Shown: in pieces, positions 17,962 through 29,198 of the stretch
Numbering within the stretch: the stretch's first letter is position 1
Layout: each line of letters opens with the position of its first letter
NCBI GenBank assembly: GCA_963796415.1
Contig: CAWCLR010000019.1
Location: 84,928-148,927 of the forward strand
Direction of reading: 5' to 3'
DNA: 64,000 bases
DNA from: an uncultured Acidimicrobiales bacterium
Lineage (GTDB): Bacteria > Actinomycetota > Acidimicrobiia > Acidimicrobiales > VFJN01
The notes under the pieces: model-generated
What the model was told of the DNA's origin: nothing
Seen by the model: only the letters and a program-made list of their open reading frames with translations
Databases searched by the model: none
Translations under genes and position numbers: made by a program

Positions 17962-18705
17962 CTAGGACGCCGCCGCGCAGTCGCCACCGAGAGCGAGCCG
18001 GCTGCCGGGGCCGACCCCGAGACGCTCGAGGTCGCCCTGGAACACCTCGACGGCGAACCGGTACGAGCCGCCGGCCGGGTAGACCGGGCAGTCGGGCGCG
18101 GTCGCCGAGCACGGTTCCATGTCTGCCGACGACACGAAGTCGCCGTCGGCGTCGAACCAGGCGATGGAGAGGGGCGTCGGGGTGTTGCGCATCCAGAACC
18201 CACCCGAGGTGTCGGCGTCCCACACGAAGACCATGCCCTGGTAGCCGCCGAGGTCGGTCACCTCCATCAGGCCACGCTGGCGCTGCTCGTCGGTCGCCGC
18301 CACCAGCAGGCAGCAGCCGGTCACCGTTCCGTCGGCCGCGGTGATCGACGCGGCTGCCTCGCCCACCCCGGGCAGGGCGGAGCGGTCGGCCGGCCCGGGC
18401 GCCTCGTCCAGGCCGGCGCCCGTGGCCGCCGGCGCCTCGCCCGAGGCCGCCGCCAGGTCGTCGAGGGAGATCGGGTCAGCAGGACCCTCGCTGGCGGACG
18501 GCGCCCCGTCCTCGGCGCCGCTCGCGGCGCCATCGCTCGCGTCGTCGTCATCGCCGCACCCGGCGACTCCGAGGGCGAGCATGAGCGCGCACCACGCCGC
18601 GAGCAGCGTGCGGGTGCGGCCGGATCGGGGGCGGACGGCTGGCGCGCGGGTCACGGGGCCATCCTGGCACCGAGCGCGACGTCCCCCGGCGCGGCCGGCG
18701 CGCAC
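17962..18705 (-). CDS. DUF192-family protein, probable lipoprotein
   Basis: Lipobox LALGVAGC. C-terminal FWMRNTPTPLSIAWFDADG...EPC pattern typical of DUF192/COG1430. The start is uncertain (ATG 18705 or GTG 18654). Confidence 0.7.
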   Translation of the reverse strand: MRAGRAGGRRARCQDGPVTRAPAVRPRSGRTRTLLAAWCALMLALGVAGCGDDDDASDGAASGAEDGAPSASEGPADPISLDDLAAASGEAPAATGAGLDEAPGPADRSALPGVGEAAASITAADGTVTGCCLLVAATDEQRQRGLMEVTDLGGYQGMVFVWDADTSGGFWMRNTPTPLSIAWFDADGDFVSSADMEPCSATAPDCPVYPAGGSYRFAVEVFQGDLERLGVGPGSRLALGGDCAAAS

Positions 18706-18725
18706 CGGGGGATCGCAGCGAAGGG

Positions 18726-19604
18726 TCAGCCAGGGACCGGGGCGCCGTACAAGCTGAGCGACTCGGCCACCTCGGCCGACAGGTGGTAGCTCTCGGCGTC
18801 GCTCGGGAAGCGGCGGGCGCGCACGTCGTCGGCGAACCCCCGCAGGCCCTCGACCGCGGCGTCGCCCAGGTCGGCATACCGGCGCACGAACTTCGGCGCC
18901 ATCCGGTCCTCGATGCCGAGCACGTCGTGGTACACGAGCACCTGGCCGTCGGTGTCACGCCCGGCGCCGATGCCGATCGTCGGCACGTCGAGCCCGTCGG
19001 TCACCAGCCGGGCCACCTCGTCGGGCACGCCCTCGAGCACGATGGCGAAGCACCCGGCGGCGGCGAGCGCCTTGGCGTCGTCGCGCAGCGCCAGCGCGGC
19101 GTCGTGCTCGCGGCCCTGGACCTTGAACCCCCCCATGGCGTGCACGGACTGGGGCGTCAGGCCCAGGTGGCCCATCACCGGGATCTCGGCGTCGACGATG
19201 GCCTCGACCACAGGCAGCCGCTTGCGGCCGCCCTCGAGCTTGACCGCCTGGGCGCCCGCCCGCACGAGGGCAGCGGCGTTGCGAACCGCGTCGTCGGCGG
19301 ACGTGTGGTAGCTCATCCACGGCAGATCGCCGACGACCAGCGGCGCCGGGCCCTCGGCCGTCGACGCCCGCAGGCCGCGGTGCACGGCAGCGGTGTGGTG
19401 GGCGATGTCGTCGATGGTGACCTGCAGCGTGTCGTCGTAGCCCAGCACGACCATGGCCAGCGAGTCGCCGACCAGGATCATGTCGACGCCCGCGGCGTGC
19501 GCCTGGCGGGCGCCGGGCGCGTCGTAGGCGGTGACCATCACGAGCGGATCGCTACCGTCGCGCGCCTTGCGGGCGCGGATGGCGGGAACGGTCTGCGTGC
19601 GCAT
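18726..19604 (-). CDS. panB: 3-methyl-2-oxobutanoate hydroxymethyltransferase
   Basis: Contains LVMVTAYDAP, ILVGDSLAMVVLGY, KLEGG and GHLGLTPQS motifs. The ATG at 19604 has AAGGAGGA upstream. Confidence 0.9.
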   Translation of the reverse strand: MRTQTVPAIRARKARDGSDPLVMVTAYDAPGARQAHAAGVDMILVGDSLAMVVLGYDDTLQVTIDDIAHHTAAVHRGLRASTAEGPAPLVVGDLPWMSYHTSADDAVRNAAALVRAGAQAVKLEGGRKRLPVVEAIVDAEIPVMGHLGLTPQSVHAMGGFKVQGREHDAALALRDDAKALAAAGCFAIVLEGVPDEVARLVTDGLDVPTIGIGAGRDTDGQVLVYHDVLGIEDRMAPKFVRRYADLGDAAVEGLRGFADDVRARRFPSDAESYHLSAEVAESLSLYGAPVPG

Positions 19605-19688
19605 CGGCACGTTCCTCCTTGCTCCGTCCAGCGCCCTCGTGGCTGCCGGCGGTGACCCGAAATTAGCCAGGTCGCTACCCTCAACGCC

Positions 19689-19913
19689 ATGTCGGAGCCC
19701 GCGCATTCCACCGCCAGCGGCGAGACGAGCTGCGACTCGTGCGGCGCCCCTGCCGACGACCTCGCCCGCGTGCGGCGCGTGTACGTCACGCCCGGGGCGT
19801 GGGACCTCGGCGCCGACGAGCCTGCGGCCGACACGGTGCAGGTGGTCGACGAGGTGGAGGCGTGGTGCTTCCCCTGCAGGAGTCAGTACCCCCACCAGCC
19901 CGTCGCGGAATGA
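19689..19913 (+). CDS. Small CxxC...CxxC zinc-ribbon-like protein (74 aa), function unknown
   Basis: Contains CDSC near the N-terminus and CFPC near the C-terminus. Divergent from panB. No family recognised. Confidence 0.45.
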   Translation: MSEPAHSTASGETSCDSCGAPADDLARVRRVYVTPGAWDLGADEPAADTVQVVDEVEAWCFPCRSQYPHQPVAE

Positions 19914-19936
19914 CCGCGCGCGCGACGACGCGCCTT

Positions 19937-22715
19937 CTAGGGGCTGGGGCCGGTGCTCGGTGGACCGCCGCCGGACGTGGTGGTCGTCGTGCCCTGGCCG
20001 GACGTGGTGGTCGTCGCACCCGGGCGACCGGGGTTCGTCGGAAGGGTGATCTCGGGAAGCGACCAGTCGGGGCCGCCGTTTCCGTTCCCGTTACCGTTGT
20101 CAGGCGGAGTCGTCGGGACGGTCTCGTCGGGTGTGAGGAGCTCGCCCTCGTTGAGGGCTGTGCCGGTGCGGATCTGCTCGGGCGTCACCGCGACGAACTC
20201 GCCCGTGAGGTTGGCGGTAGCGACCTCCATGTAGTCGTGCCAGATCGACGCGGGGATCGATCCACCGGTGGCCGGACGGCCGTGGACGAGGCGCCCGTCG
20301 CTGTTCATCGGCCAGAGCTCGTTCGCGCCCGTCTCGGGGTTGACGTAGTCCGCGTTCGGATACCCCATCCACACGACGGCGGTCATGCCGGGCACGTAAC
20401 CGGCGAACCAGGCGTTCCGGTTGTTCTGGGAGGTGCCGGTCTTGCCGGCTGCGGACCGGTCGATCGCCGGCGCCCTCGCCGGTGCCGCCGTCGGACACGA
20501 CCGCCTGCAGGGCGTGGGTGACCAGGTCGGCCTGCGTCTCGCTCATCACCCGGTCCTCCTGCACCTGCCGCTGGTACAGGACCGTGGCCTCGCCCTCGTC
20601 GTTCACCTGCTCGACGCGGGTCACGATCTGCGGCGTCCGGTACACCCCGCGGTTGGCGAACGTGGAATACGCACCGGCCATCTCGAGCGGCGTGGCGTTG
20701 ACCGTGCCCAGCACCATGGCCGGCTGGGTCTGGTCGATCGGGATGTCGCCGCCCATCACCCCGAGGCGCTCGGCGAGCGCCGCCACGCTGGCGGGACCCC
20801 GGGCGCTGTCGGGCGAACCGTCGCCGTCGGAGTCGACGACGTCGGTGCCGAGGTCGAGCATGAGCTGGGCGTAGGCGGTGTTCGACGACTCGGCCGTGGC
20901 GCGGGTGAGGTCCAGGACGCCGGCGTCGCTCTCGGAGTAGTTGCTGACCTTCCAGGGCTCGCCGTCGGTCTTCCACTGCTCGAACTCCATCGTCCCCTGG
21001 GCGTCGTAGCGGGAGTTGAGCGAGTAGCCCTGCCGCAGGGCCTCGGCCAGCACGAGTGGCTTGAACGTCGACCCCGGCTCGCGCCCGCTCGACCCGTTGC
21101 CCCGGACGGCGTAGTTCGCCTCGTAGGTGCCAGGCGTGTACGGGTGGCGGCTGCCGACCATGGCGCGCACGAGGCCCTGCTCGTCGACCGCCACCATCGA
21201 CGCCTCGGGATCGCCCTCCCACTCGGGGGTGTTGGGGTCGTCCTCGTTCTGCAGGTTGCTCGTGACCGCCTGCCAGGCCGCCCGCTGGAGCTCGTAGTTG
21301 ATCGACGTGTAGATGCGCAGGCCACCGCCGCGGATCATCTCCTCGGTGAACCGGTCGGGGTCGATGCGCTGCAGCTCGGACTCGATGTACGCGGGCAAGT
21401 AGTCGGTGCCCAGGTAATCGTTCGGGTCCACGCCCCGGAGCGTGTCGACGAGCTTCACGGTCGACAGCGGCACCACCCACGGGTCGGCCACCGGGATGGC
21501 GTCGGCCGCGTCGAGCTGCTCCTGGGTGATGTAGCCCTCCTCCTCCATGGCGACGAGGCCCGTGTGGCGACGGCGGGTGGCCTCTTCGGGATCCTCGCTG
21601 GGCTCGGCCGCGGCCGGCGCCCGGATGAGCCCGGCGAGCAGGGCCGCCTGGCCGGGGTCGGTGATCGACCGGACGTCGATGCCGAAGTAAGCGCGGCTGG
21701 CGGCGGCGATGCCGTAGGCGCCTCGGCCGAAGAACACGGTGTTGAGGTAGCCCTCGAGGATCTCGTCCTTCGACATGTCCTGCTCGAGCTTGATGCTGAG
21801 CACCGCCTCCTTCAGCTTGCGGCTGACGCCGCCGTCACGCGACAGCGCGAAGGAGTTGAGGACGTACTGCTGGGTGATCGTGGACCCGCCCTGCTGGATG
21901 CTGCCGCTCCGCGCGTTCTGGAACATGGCGCGGAGGATGCCCTCGGGGTTGACGCCGTCGTGCTCGTAGAAGTCGCGGTCCTCGACGGACAGCACCGCCT
22001 GCACGACGATGGGCGGCACCTCCTCGAGCGTGATGCTCGTGCGGTTGCCTCGCTCGGACTGAAGCCGGGCCATGGCGTTCTCGGCGATGCACTGGCCGTC
22101 GCCGACGTCGGCGGCGCAGATGTACGAGGCTTGCTCGAGGTGGTCGAACTCGGGCAGCTCGGTGCGGGCAACGACAACGCCGACGCCGGCCATCATCGCC
22201 AGCATCGCCAGGCCGATGAGGAAGATGGGCCGGCGCAGTCGCCAGATGATGCTCCGCTTGCGGCCGACCTCCTTGCGACGCCGCGCTGCCCCGCGCTCGC
22301 CGGAGGGACCGCCCTCGGCCCCGAAGCGACGCCCCCCAGGCCCACCGGGACCGCCCGGACCGCGACCGCCGCCGCCCGGACCACCGGGACCACGGCCGCG
22401 ACCGTTGCCCCCGCGGCCACGCGGCGGACGGCCGCCCGGGCCGGAAGGGCGGACGCGGGGACCGCCGGGGCCGTCGCCGGCGCCGTCGGGGACCCACCCC
22501 GGGCCACCGGGCCCCCACCCGGGGGCGACATCGCCGCCGTACCCCGGGCCCGGGTCGGGGCCAGGGACCCCGGGGCCTGCGGGATCGCCGGGCCACACCG
22601 CCTGCGGCGACGAGCGCCGATCGGGCGCGCCCTGCGGACGCCCCCGGCGTGCGGGGGCCTGGCGGGCGCGCGGACGCGCACGGTTCGATGGGGTCTCGCG
22701 TATCGGTCCAGCCAT
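19937..22715 (-). CDS. Class A penicillin-binding protein (glycosyltransferase + transpeptidase, PonA-like); frame disrupted near 20465-20475
   Basis: GT51 motifs (SVEDRDFYEH, GGSTITQQY, RKLKE). Transpeptidase STFK and SSN motifs. The KTGT motif (AAGKTGTSQNNRNAWFAGY) is readable only in a different frame that joins ORF 19937..20395. Confidence 0.85.
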
Positions 22716-22868
22716 CCGAGGCGCAGAGACTACCGCCCTGCGCCGGGCGGGCCACGTCGGGCGCTGGTGACCTGGGGTTCGTGCAGCTTGTCGGCCGGCT
22801 GAGGAGCTGACGGTCCGCCGCCAAATCCCCACGCGTGGGCTGCGACGAGCGTCCCTACCCGCTCGACC

Positions 22869-23261
22869 TCAGTCGCCGCCGACGTGGAAAACGCGGGTCA
22901 GGTGGTTCCAGGCGCAGCCGGGGCACACCTCGACCACATAGCACGCCACCGGCGTGCGGCCGCGGGCCAACTTGGCCATCTCGCGTGCCGACGTGACGCA
23001 GCGCCCGCCCGCGGGCAGGCGCGCCCCGAACGCGTAGGTGACGAGGATGACCGCCTCCTCCTCGCAGATGGGGCACGGCTCCTGCGTGGGGGTGCCGGCC
23101 CCGGCCGCGGCGCGGCGGAGCTCGGGGTGGGCGTCGCACACGTCGAGCTTCGACAGCCGGCCCTTGCGGTACTCGCGCACGACCGCCTGGCGGGTCAGGC
23201 GGTAGTCGACGACGCCACCGTTGCCGTTCGAGCCGCGGATCGCCTCCGGCCGGAAGCTCAT
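22869..23261 (-). CDS. DUF5318-like conserved actinobacterial protein (Rv0049-like position)
   Basis: 130 aa from the ATG at 23261. Cys motifs CDAHPEL, CPICEEE and CPGC. Synteny next to a class A PBP and PadR/ino1, as in mycobacteria. Confidence 0.7.
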   Translation of the reverse strand: MSFRPEAIRGSNGNGGVVDYRLTRQAVVREYRKGRLSKLDVCDAHPELRRAAAGAGTPTQEPCPICEEEAVILVTYAFGARLPAGGRCVTSAREMAKLARGRTPVACYVVEVCPGCAWNHLTRVFHVGGD

Positions 23262-23387
23262 GGGCAGCGAGGGTAGCGGCGGGCGCCCGCCGCTGCGTCC
23301 GGGCGGGCGGGCAACTGTCGAGCCGTGTGACCAACGACGGGTGGCCGGGAGGTTGACGAACGGCGACGACTCCGGCAGACTGCCGGA

Positions 23388-23424
23388 CGATATATCGAAG
23401 CGATATGAACGCACGCGATATGAA
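23388..23424. promoter_or_regulatory. Candidate PadR operator: palindrome CGATATATCG plus two CGATATGAA direct repeats
   Basis: Palindrome at 23388-23397. Direct repeats at 23401-23409 and 23416-23424, 15 bp apart. They sit in an AT-enriched patch ~60 bp upstream of the PadR start. Confidence 0.45.
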
Positions 23425-23482
23425 GTCACGATGCATCGGGCCCACACCAGTCGGGACCGCATCCATCGGGATCCGGGATCAC

Positions 23483-24094
23483 ATGCTGGAACTCGCCGTC
23501 CTCGGCCTCCTCGAAGACAACGACCTCCACGGCTACGAGCTGCGCAAGCGGCTGGGCGACCTGCTGGGCCTGCGCCTGGCCATCTCGTTCGGCTCGCTGT
23601 ACCCCGCGCTCGGCCGGCTCGAGAAGGCCGGCCTGGTCAAGGCGGTGTCCAGCAGGCCCGCATCGGCCCGGCCGTCCGCACCGATGAGCGGGTCGCTGGC
23701 CGGCGAGCTCGCCGCCTTCCGCGCCCAGCGACGTGCCGCCACGGGCAGCGGCCGGGGCACGCGCGGCAAGAAGGTGTACGGCATCACGGACGCCGGGCGG
23801 CAGCGGCTGATCGAGATGCTGTCCGACCCCGACGTGTCCGACGACCGGGCCTTCCCCGTGCGGGTGGCGTTCTGCCACAACCTGCCGCCCGCCGGTCGCC
23901 TCGAGCTGTTCGAGCGTCGCCGGGCCGAGCTCCTCACCCGGACCGAGCAGCGCCGCCGCAGCGACGGCGGCGAGGGCCGGGTCAACACCTACCTGCGGTC
24001 GCTGCTCGAGCGCGACACGGCGGCCCTCGAGGCCGACCTGGCGTGGCTCGACCGGCTCATCGCCGACGAGCGGGCGGCGGAGGCCACGCCGTGA
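23483..24094 (+). CDS. PadR-family transcriptional regulator
   Basis: Starts [24 protein letters not shown]...[17 protein letters not shown], a winged-HTH signature. Confidence 0.9.
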   Translation: MLELAVLGLLEDNDLHGYELRKRLGDLLGLRLAISFGSLYPALGRLEKAGLVKAVSSRPASARPSAPMSGSLAGELAAFRAQRRAATGSGRGTRGKKVYGITDAGRQRLIEMLSDPDVSDDRAFPVRVAFCHNLPPAGRLELFERRRAELLTRTEQRRRSDGGEGRVNTYLRSLLERDTAALEADLAWLDRLIADERAAEATP

Positions 24095-24176
24095 CCGTCC
24101 GCTGACCGCCCCCCACCGTCCCCACTCTCCACACCGCCGGCCGACGCCGGCCGACACCGACATCCGGAGGAACCCC

Positions 24177-25247
<1,071 letters not shown>

Positions 25248-25351
25248 ATCTCTGCAGCTCCGATGCCCCCGCACACCGGCGTGCGGGGGCGTCGTCGCGC
25301 TCGTGGTGCCCGCGAGTCATCCGTGACGAGACACGGCGCCGAACCACGGTC

Positions 25352-26209
25352 ATGCGGTTGGATCTCGAGCGTTACGCGGCCTCGGCGGCGCGGTTGGACC
25401 TGGCGGGCATCGACATGGATGCCTTCCGGGAGCGGCCGCTCGACGCCGCCACCCTGCGCTGCCTGCGCTACATGCACGACATCGAGCACCACACGGTCTG
25501 CTACCTGCGCGACCTGCTGGTCACCCCGGTGCACCGCGACCCCGCGGCCACCACGTTCCTCACCGTGTGGAACTTCGAGGAGATGTGGCACGGCGAGGCC
25601 ATCGGCCGTGTTCTCGCCGCCCATGGCGAGGACGCCGGCGCTCCCCGCGTGCGCCGGCTGCGCCAGCGCCTTGGCCTGCGCGACCGCCTCGCGCCCGCGC
25701 TGCACGCAGTCGGCGCCGCGGTGGCGGGCGAGGCGTTCGGCGCCCTCCACATGACGTGGGGCGCCGTCAACGAGTGGACGACGCAGGTCGGCTACGCGCG
25801 ACTGGCCGAGCGGGCCGGCCACCCCGTCCTCTCTGAGATGCTCCGCCGGATCATGCGACAGGAGGGCCGGCACATCGCCTTCTACGCCAGCGAGGCCGAG
25901 CGGCGTCTCGCGGGGCGGCCCGGCGCCCAGCGGCTCGTGCGGTGGGCGCTGACCCACCTGTGGCGGCCGGTCGGGGCCGGCGTGATGCCGGAGTCCGAGG
26001 TCAAGTTCCTCGTCGACACCCTGTTCGACGGCGACGACGGGCGCGCCGCGGCGGCGCGCATCGATGAGCGCGTCGCCCGCCTTCCCGGGCTCGCGGGCCT
26101 GCGTCTCGTGTCCGGCGCCGTCGACCGCTACGGACCGGCGGTCGGCCGCACCTCCGGCCTCGCCGACGCGGCCGCCGATCGGGTCAGCGGGGGGCGGCGC
26201 GCAGCGTGA
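25352..26209 (+). CDS. Ferritin-like di-iron carboxylate protein (desaturase/oxygenase-like), function unknown
   Basis: Two ExxH motifs (EEMWH and QEGRH) in predicted helices, plus MHDIEHH. 285 aa. Confidence 0.55.
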   Translation: MRLDLERYAASAARLDLAGIDMDAFRERPLDAATLRCLRYMHDIEHHTVCYLRDLLVTPVHRDPAATTFLTVWNFEEMWHGEAIGRVLAAHGEDAGAPRVRRLRQRLGLRDRLAPALHAVGAAVAGEAFGALHMTWGAVNEWTTQVGYARLAERAGHPVLSEMLRRIMRQEGRHIAFYASEAERRLAGRPGAQRLVRWALTHLWRPVGAGVMPESEVKFLVDTLFDGDDGRAAAARIDERVARLPGLAGLRLVSGAVDRYGPAVGRTSGLADAAADRVSGGRRAA

Positions 26210-28100
26210 GCACGGCCATGTCGTCGGCGGGCTCGTCGTCGACGTAGCCCAGCGCCTCGCTCTCGATGAGGCGGGCCAGCTCGTCGGCGTCGAGTCCCTT
26301 CCCCTGGTAGAGCGCCTTGACCACGCCCTCTTCGCCGAACGTTCGCCGGCCCTTGCGCCGGTCGGTCAGCCCGTCCGTGTAGCACACGAGCGTCTCGCCG
26401 GGGTCGAGGTGCACGACGGTGTCGGACAGCGACACCTCGTCGGTCACGCCCAGCAGCGTGCCGGGGATCCCGACCGGGACGACAGGGCCCGCCATGCGCC
26501 GCACGAGCGGCAGCGGATGGCCGGCCGAGCACAGGATGATGTCGACCCCGTTGTCGGTGGGCTGCACCGCGCCGACGAGCACCGTGCAGAACCGCGGGCT
26601 GACCGGCAGGTCGTCGTCGCCGATCTCGTCGCGCTCGGCCGCGTTGCGGAGCAGCAGCTCGTTGAGGCGGCGCAGCAGCGTCGAGGGCATCACGCCGTCG
26701 AACGCCGAGGACCGGATGGTGTGGCGCACGACCCCTGTGGTCGCCGCCGCCTCGACCCCGTGCCCGCACACGTCGCCGACCGCGATGATCCACCAGTTGC
26801 GGTCGGCGGGGAAGGCGTCGTAGAAGTCGCCGCCGACGTCGAGGCCCTGGCCCGCGGCGCGGTAGCGGGCGCCCAGCTCGATGCCGGGGATGTCGGGCAG
26901 GCGGCCCGGTAGGAGGCTGTCCTGCAGCGCCCGCGCCACGACGGACTGCTCGTGGAACATGCGGGCGTTGTCGACGATGACGCCGGCGCGGCTGGCCACC
27001 GCGGTGGCCAGCGAGACGTCGGCGTCGGTGAACGGACGGCCCGGCCGGTCGCCGAAGGCGATGACGCCGAGCAGACGACCCCGGGCCTGCAGCGGGAACA
27101 CGGCCAGCGCGTCGACGCCCACCGCGGTCATCGCGTCGCGGTCGCCGGGCGTGTCGAAGAGCGGGGCGAGCATCTCGGCGGCACGGGCCCCGCGGATGTG
27201 CGGGCGGCCGGCGGCGAGCGCCTCGCCGAGCTCGCCGACCGCCCCGAGGTCCCGCGGCAGGCGGTGGACGAGCCGCGTCAGCGGCCCCACCTGCGTGGGG
27301 TCGACATGGGCCACCCCCATCAGCGGGCGAGGGTTGCCCGGCGAGGCCATGAGGCGCACGACGCACCAGTCGGCGAGCCGGGGCACGACCATCTCGGCGA
27401 GCTGCGTGAGGGCCGTGTCGACGTCCAGGCTGGAGGACAGGGTGCCGCTCATCTCGTCCAGGAAGGCGAGCTGGGTCTGGTCGCGCTCGGCAGCGTCGGC
27501 GAGGCGGGCGCGGTCGAGCGCGAGGGCGCACTGGGCTGCGACGTTCTCGAGCAGGTCGCGGTCCGTGTCGTCCGACGGGACGCCGCCCGGATCGTCGAAG
27601 CCGACGGCCATCGACCCGAACGGCCGGCCGAGCGCGTCCTTGAGCGGGAGGACGACGAAGGAGGGGTCGAGATCCAGGCGCAGGCTGTCGAGGTCGGGGT
27701 AGCGCGCCCGGCGCTCGGCCGCGGACGTCACCACGACCGGCTGGCCGGTCCGGATCACCTCGGCGGCGGGCAGGACCGACGACAGCGGGATGCGGCCGAA
27801 CCGTTCGGTGAGGGCGTCGGGGGGCAGGCCGGTGGTCCCGGCCACGACCAGCTCGTCGCCCGCCTCCGACAGCACGTGCAACGTCGCCGTGCTGCCGCCG
27901 AGCAGCTCGACACCGTCGTCGAGCATGGCGCGCACGATCTCGGCCGGCCGTCGGGAGCGGTTGAAGCCCTCGACCAGGCGAGCGAACCCGGCGCTGGTGG
28001 AGGCCGCGGCGGGCGCGTTCGGGGCCTCCGTCCCGCGACCCGGGTCGGTCGTCTCCGGCGGTCGAGGCCCCGTCGTCGCGCCCTGCACCTCGGATGACAT
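26184..28100 (-). CDS. GAF-domain-containing PP2C/SpoIIE-family serine phosphatase
   Basis: Two GAF-like regions, then LQDSLLP...GGDFYD...GDVCGHG...YTDGL, the SpoIIE signature. ATG at 28100. Confidence 0.85.
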   Translation of the reverse strand: MSSEVQGATTGPRPPETTDPGRGTEAPNAPAAASTSAGFARLVEGFNRSRRPAEIVRAMLDDGVELLGGSTATLHVLSEAGDELVVAGTTGLPPDALTERFGRIPLSSVLPAAEVIRTGQPVVVTSAAERRARYPDLDSLRLDLDPSFVVLPLKDALGRPFGSMAVGFDDPGGVPSDDTDRDLLENVAAQCALALDRARLADAAERDQTQLAFLDEMSGTLSSSLDVDTALTQLAEMVVPRLADWCVVRLMASPGNPRPLMGVAHVDPTQVGPLTRLVHRLPRDLGAVGELGEALAAGRPHIRGARAAEMLAPLFDTPGDRDAMTAVGVDALAVFPLQARGRLLGVIAFGDRPGRPFTDADVSLATAVASRAGVIVDNARMFHEQSVVARALQDSLLPGRLPDIPGIELGARYRAAGQGLDVGGDFYDAFPADRNWWIIAVGDVCGHGVEAAATTGVVRHTIRSSAFDGVMPSTLLRRLNELLLRNAAERDEIGDDDLPVSPRFCTVLVGAVQPTDNGVDIILCSAGHPLPLVRRMAGPVVPVGIPGTLLGVTDEVSLSDTVVHLDPGETLVCYTDGLTDRRKGRRTFGEEGVVKALYQGKGLDADELARLIESEALGYVDDEPADDMAVLTLRAAPR

Positions 28101-28217
28101 GGCCACCAAAGTCTGACACCCGTTGGGTTGTTGCGCACCGTGCGAGCGGCCGCGCGCCGGAACAGGTGGACCGACCACCCTCCGGCGCAGCCGATCGCGC
28201 TGCGGCACACTTGGTGG

Positions 28218-28934
28218 ATGGCTTGGACCCGCTTCTCGCTCGCCGGTGCGGCCGGTGCCACCCTCGACGCGGAGGCCGTGCGCTACGGCCCCGGGCTGCC
28301 GACCGAGGACGAGCTCAAGCTCCTCGGGTACGTCGAAGGGCGGCGCGTGCTCGAGCTGGCCTGCGGGGCCGGCGCCAGCGCGGTCGCACTGGCCAAGGCG
28401 GGCGCTCGGGTCATCGCCGTCGACGTCGACGCCCGCAACCTGGACGACACCCGCGAGCGGGCCGAGCGCGAGGGCGTACGAGTCGAGACCCACCACGGCC
28501 CGCTCGCCGAGCTGGCCTTCGTCCGGGCCGACACGATCGACGCCGCGCTGTCGACCTACGGCCTCGCGACCGTGGCCGACCTCGACCGGGTCTTCCGTCA
28601 GGTCCACCGGGTGCTGCGCACCGACCGGCCCTTCGTGTTCTCCCTGCCCCACCCCGCGTTCGTCATGCTCGATCCGGCCGGGGGCGAACCGCTGTTGCGC
28701 CGGGCCTGGTGGGACACGAGCCCGGTGACCTGGTCGACGGGCGCCACCGGCGACGAGCCCGACCGCGCCATCACGCTCGGCATGTTGTTCTCGGCGCTGG
28801 GCCGAGCCGGGTTCGCGGTCGACACGGTGCTCGAGCCACCGGCGGACCGCACCGACGCCGGCGACGCCTGGTCGGACGCCATGCGGTGGGTGCCCCCGAC
28901 CCTCGTGGTCCGGGCGCGCAAGCTCGGCACCTGA
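28218..28934 (+). CDS. Class I SAM-dependent methyltransferase
   Basis: Motif I VLELACGAGA, followed by VIAVDVD and a post-I acidic residue. 238 aa from the ATG at 28218. Confidence 0.8.
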   Translation: MAWTRFSLAGAAGATLDAEAVRYGPGLPTEDELKLLGYVEGRRVLELACGAGASAVALAKAGARVIAVDVDARNLDDTRERAEREGVRVETHHGPLAELAFVRADTIDAALSTYGLATVADLDRVFRQVHRVLRTDRPFVFSLPHPAFVMLDPAGGEPLLRRAWWDTSPVTWSTGATGDEPDRAITLGMLFSALGRAGFAVDTVLEPPADRTDAGDAWSDAMRWVPPTLVVRARKLGT

Positions 28935-29198
28935 GACCCGGGAACTTTCGCGCGTTTCGCGCGTCACGATCCGGCCGTCACGCCGTCCTCATGGGTGATG
29001 GGCACGCGGTCACATAACCCCTGCCTCGGGCGACCGAGGCGCCGCGCGCCCCGCTCACCGGCTGCAACCCAGCGCGGCCGGTGACACGCCGGGGCCGGCC
29101 ACCTTCTCTTTGGCGGGAGGGGGGTGGCCGGCCCACGGCGTATCTCTGGTCGGCCGGCGGGGACGCTGGCGGTCGGCCGGCGGGGCCCGCTCGGCCTC

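Noticed and set aside
26184-28967. 927-aa version of the PP2C phosphatase ORF extending over the methyltransferase locus
   Set aside because: The extension upstream of the ATG at 28100 is antisense to a methyltransferase with clear SAM-binding motifs, and it has shadow-ORF composition.
28935-29198. Several GC-rich stem-loops between the convergent methyltransferase and CCA-enzyme genes, e.g. the 12-bp stem GGGCCGGCCACC/GGTGGCCGGCCC at 29092-29134, CCTCGG-gcga-CCGAGG, and a tandem tttcgcgcg x2
   Set aside because: These are probably U-tract-less terminators or 3'-UTR structures, which are common in high-GC actinobacteria. No T-tract or known ncRNA signature was found, so the evidence is insufficient to call a feature.
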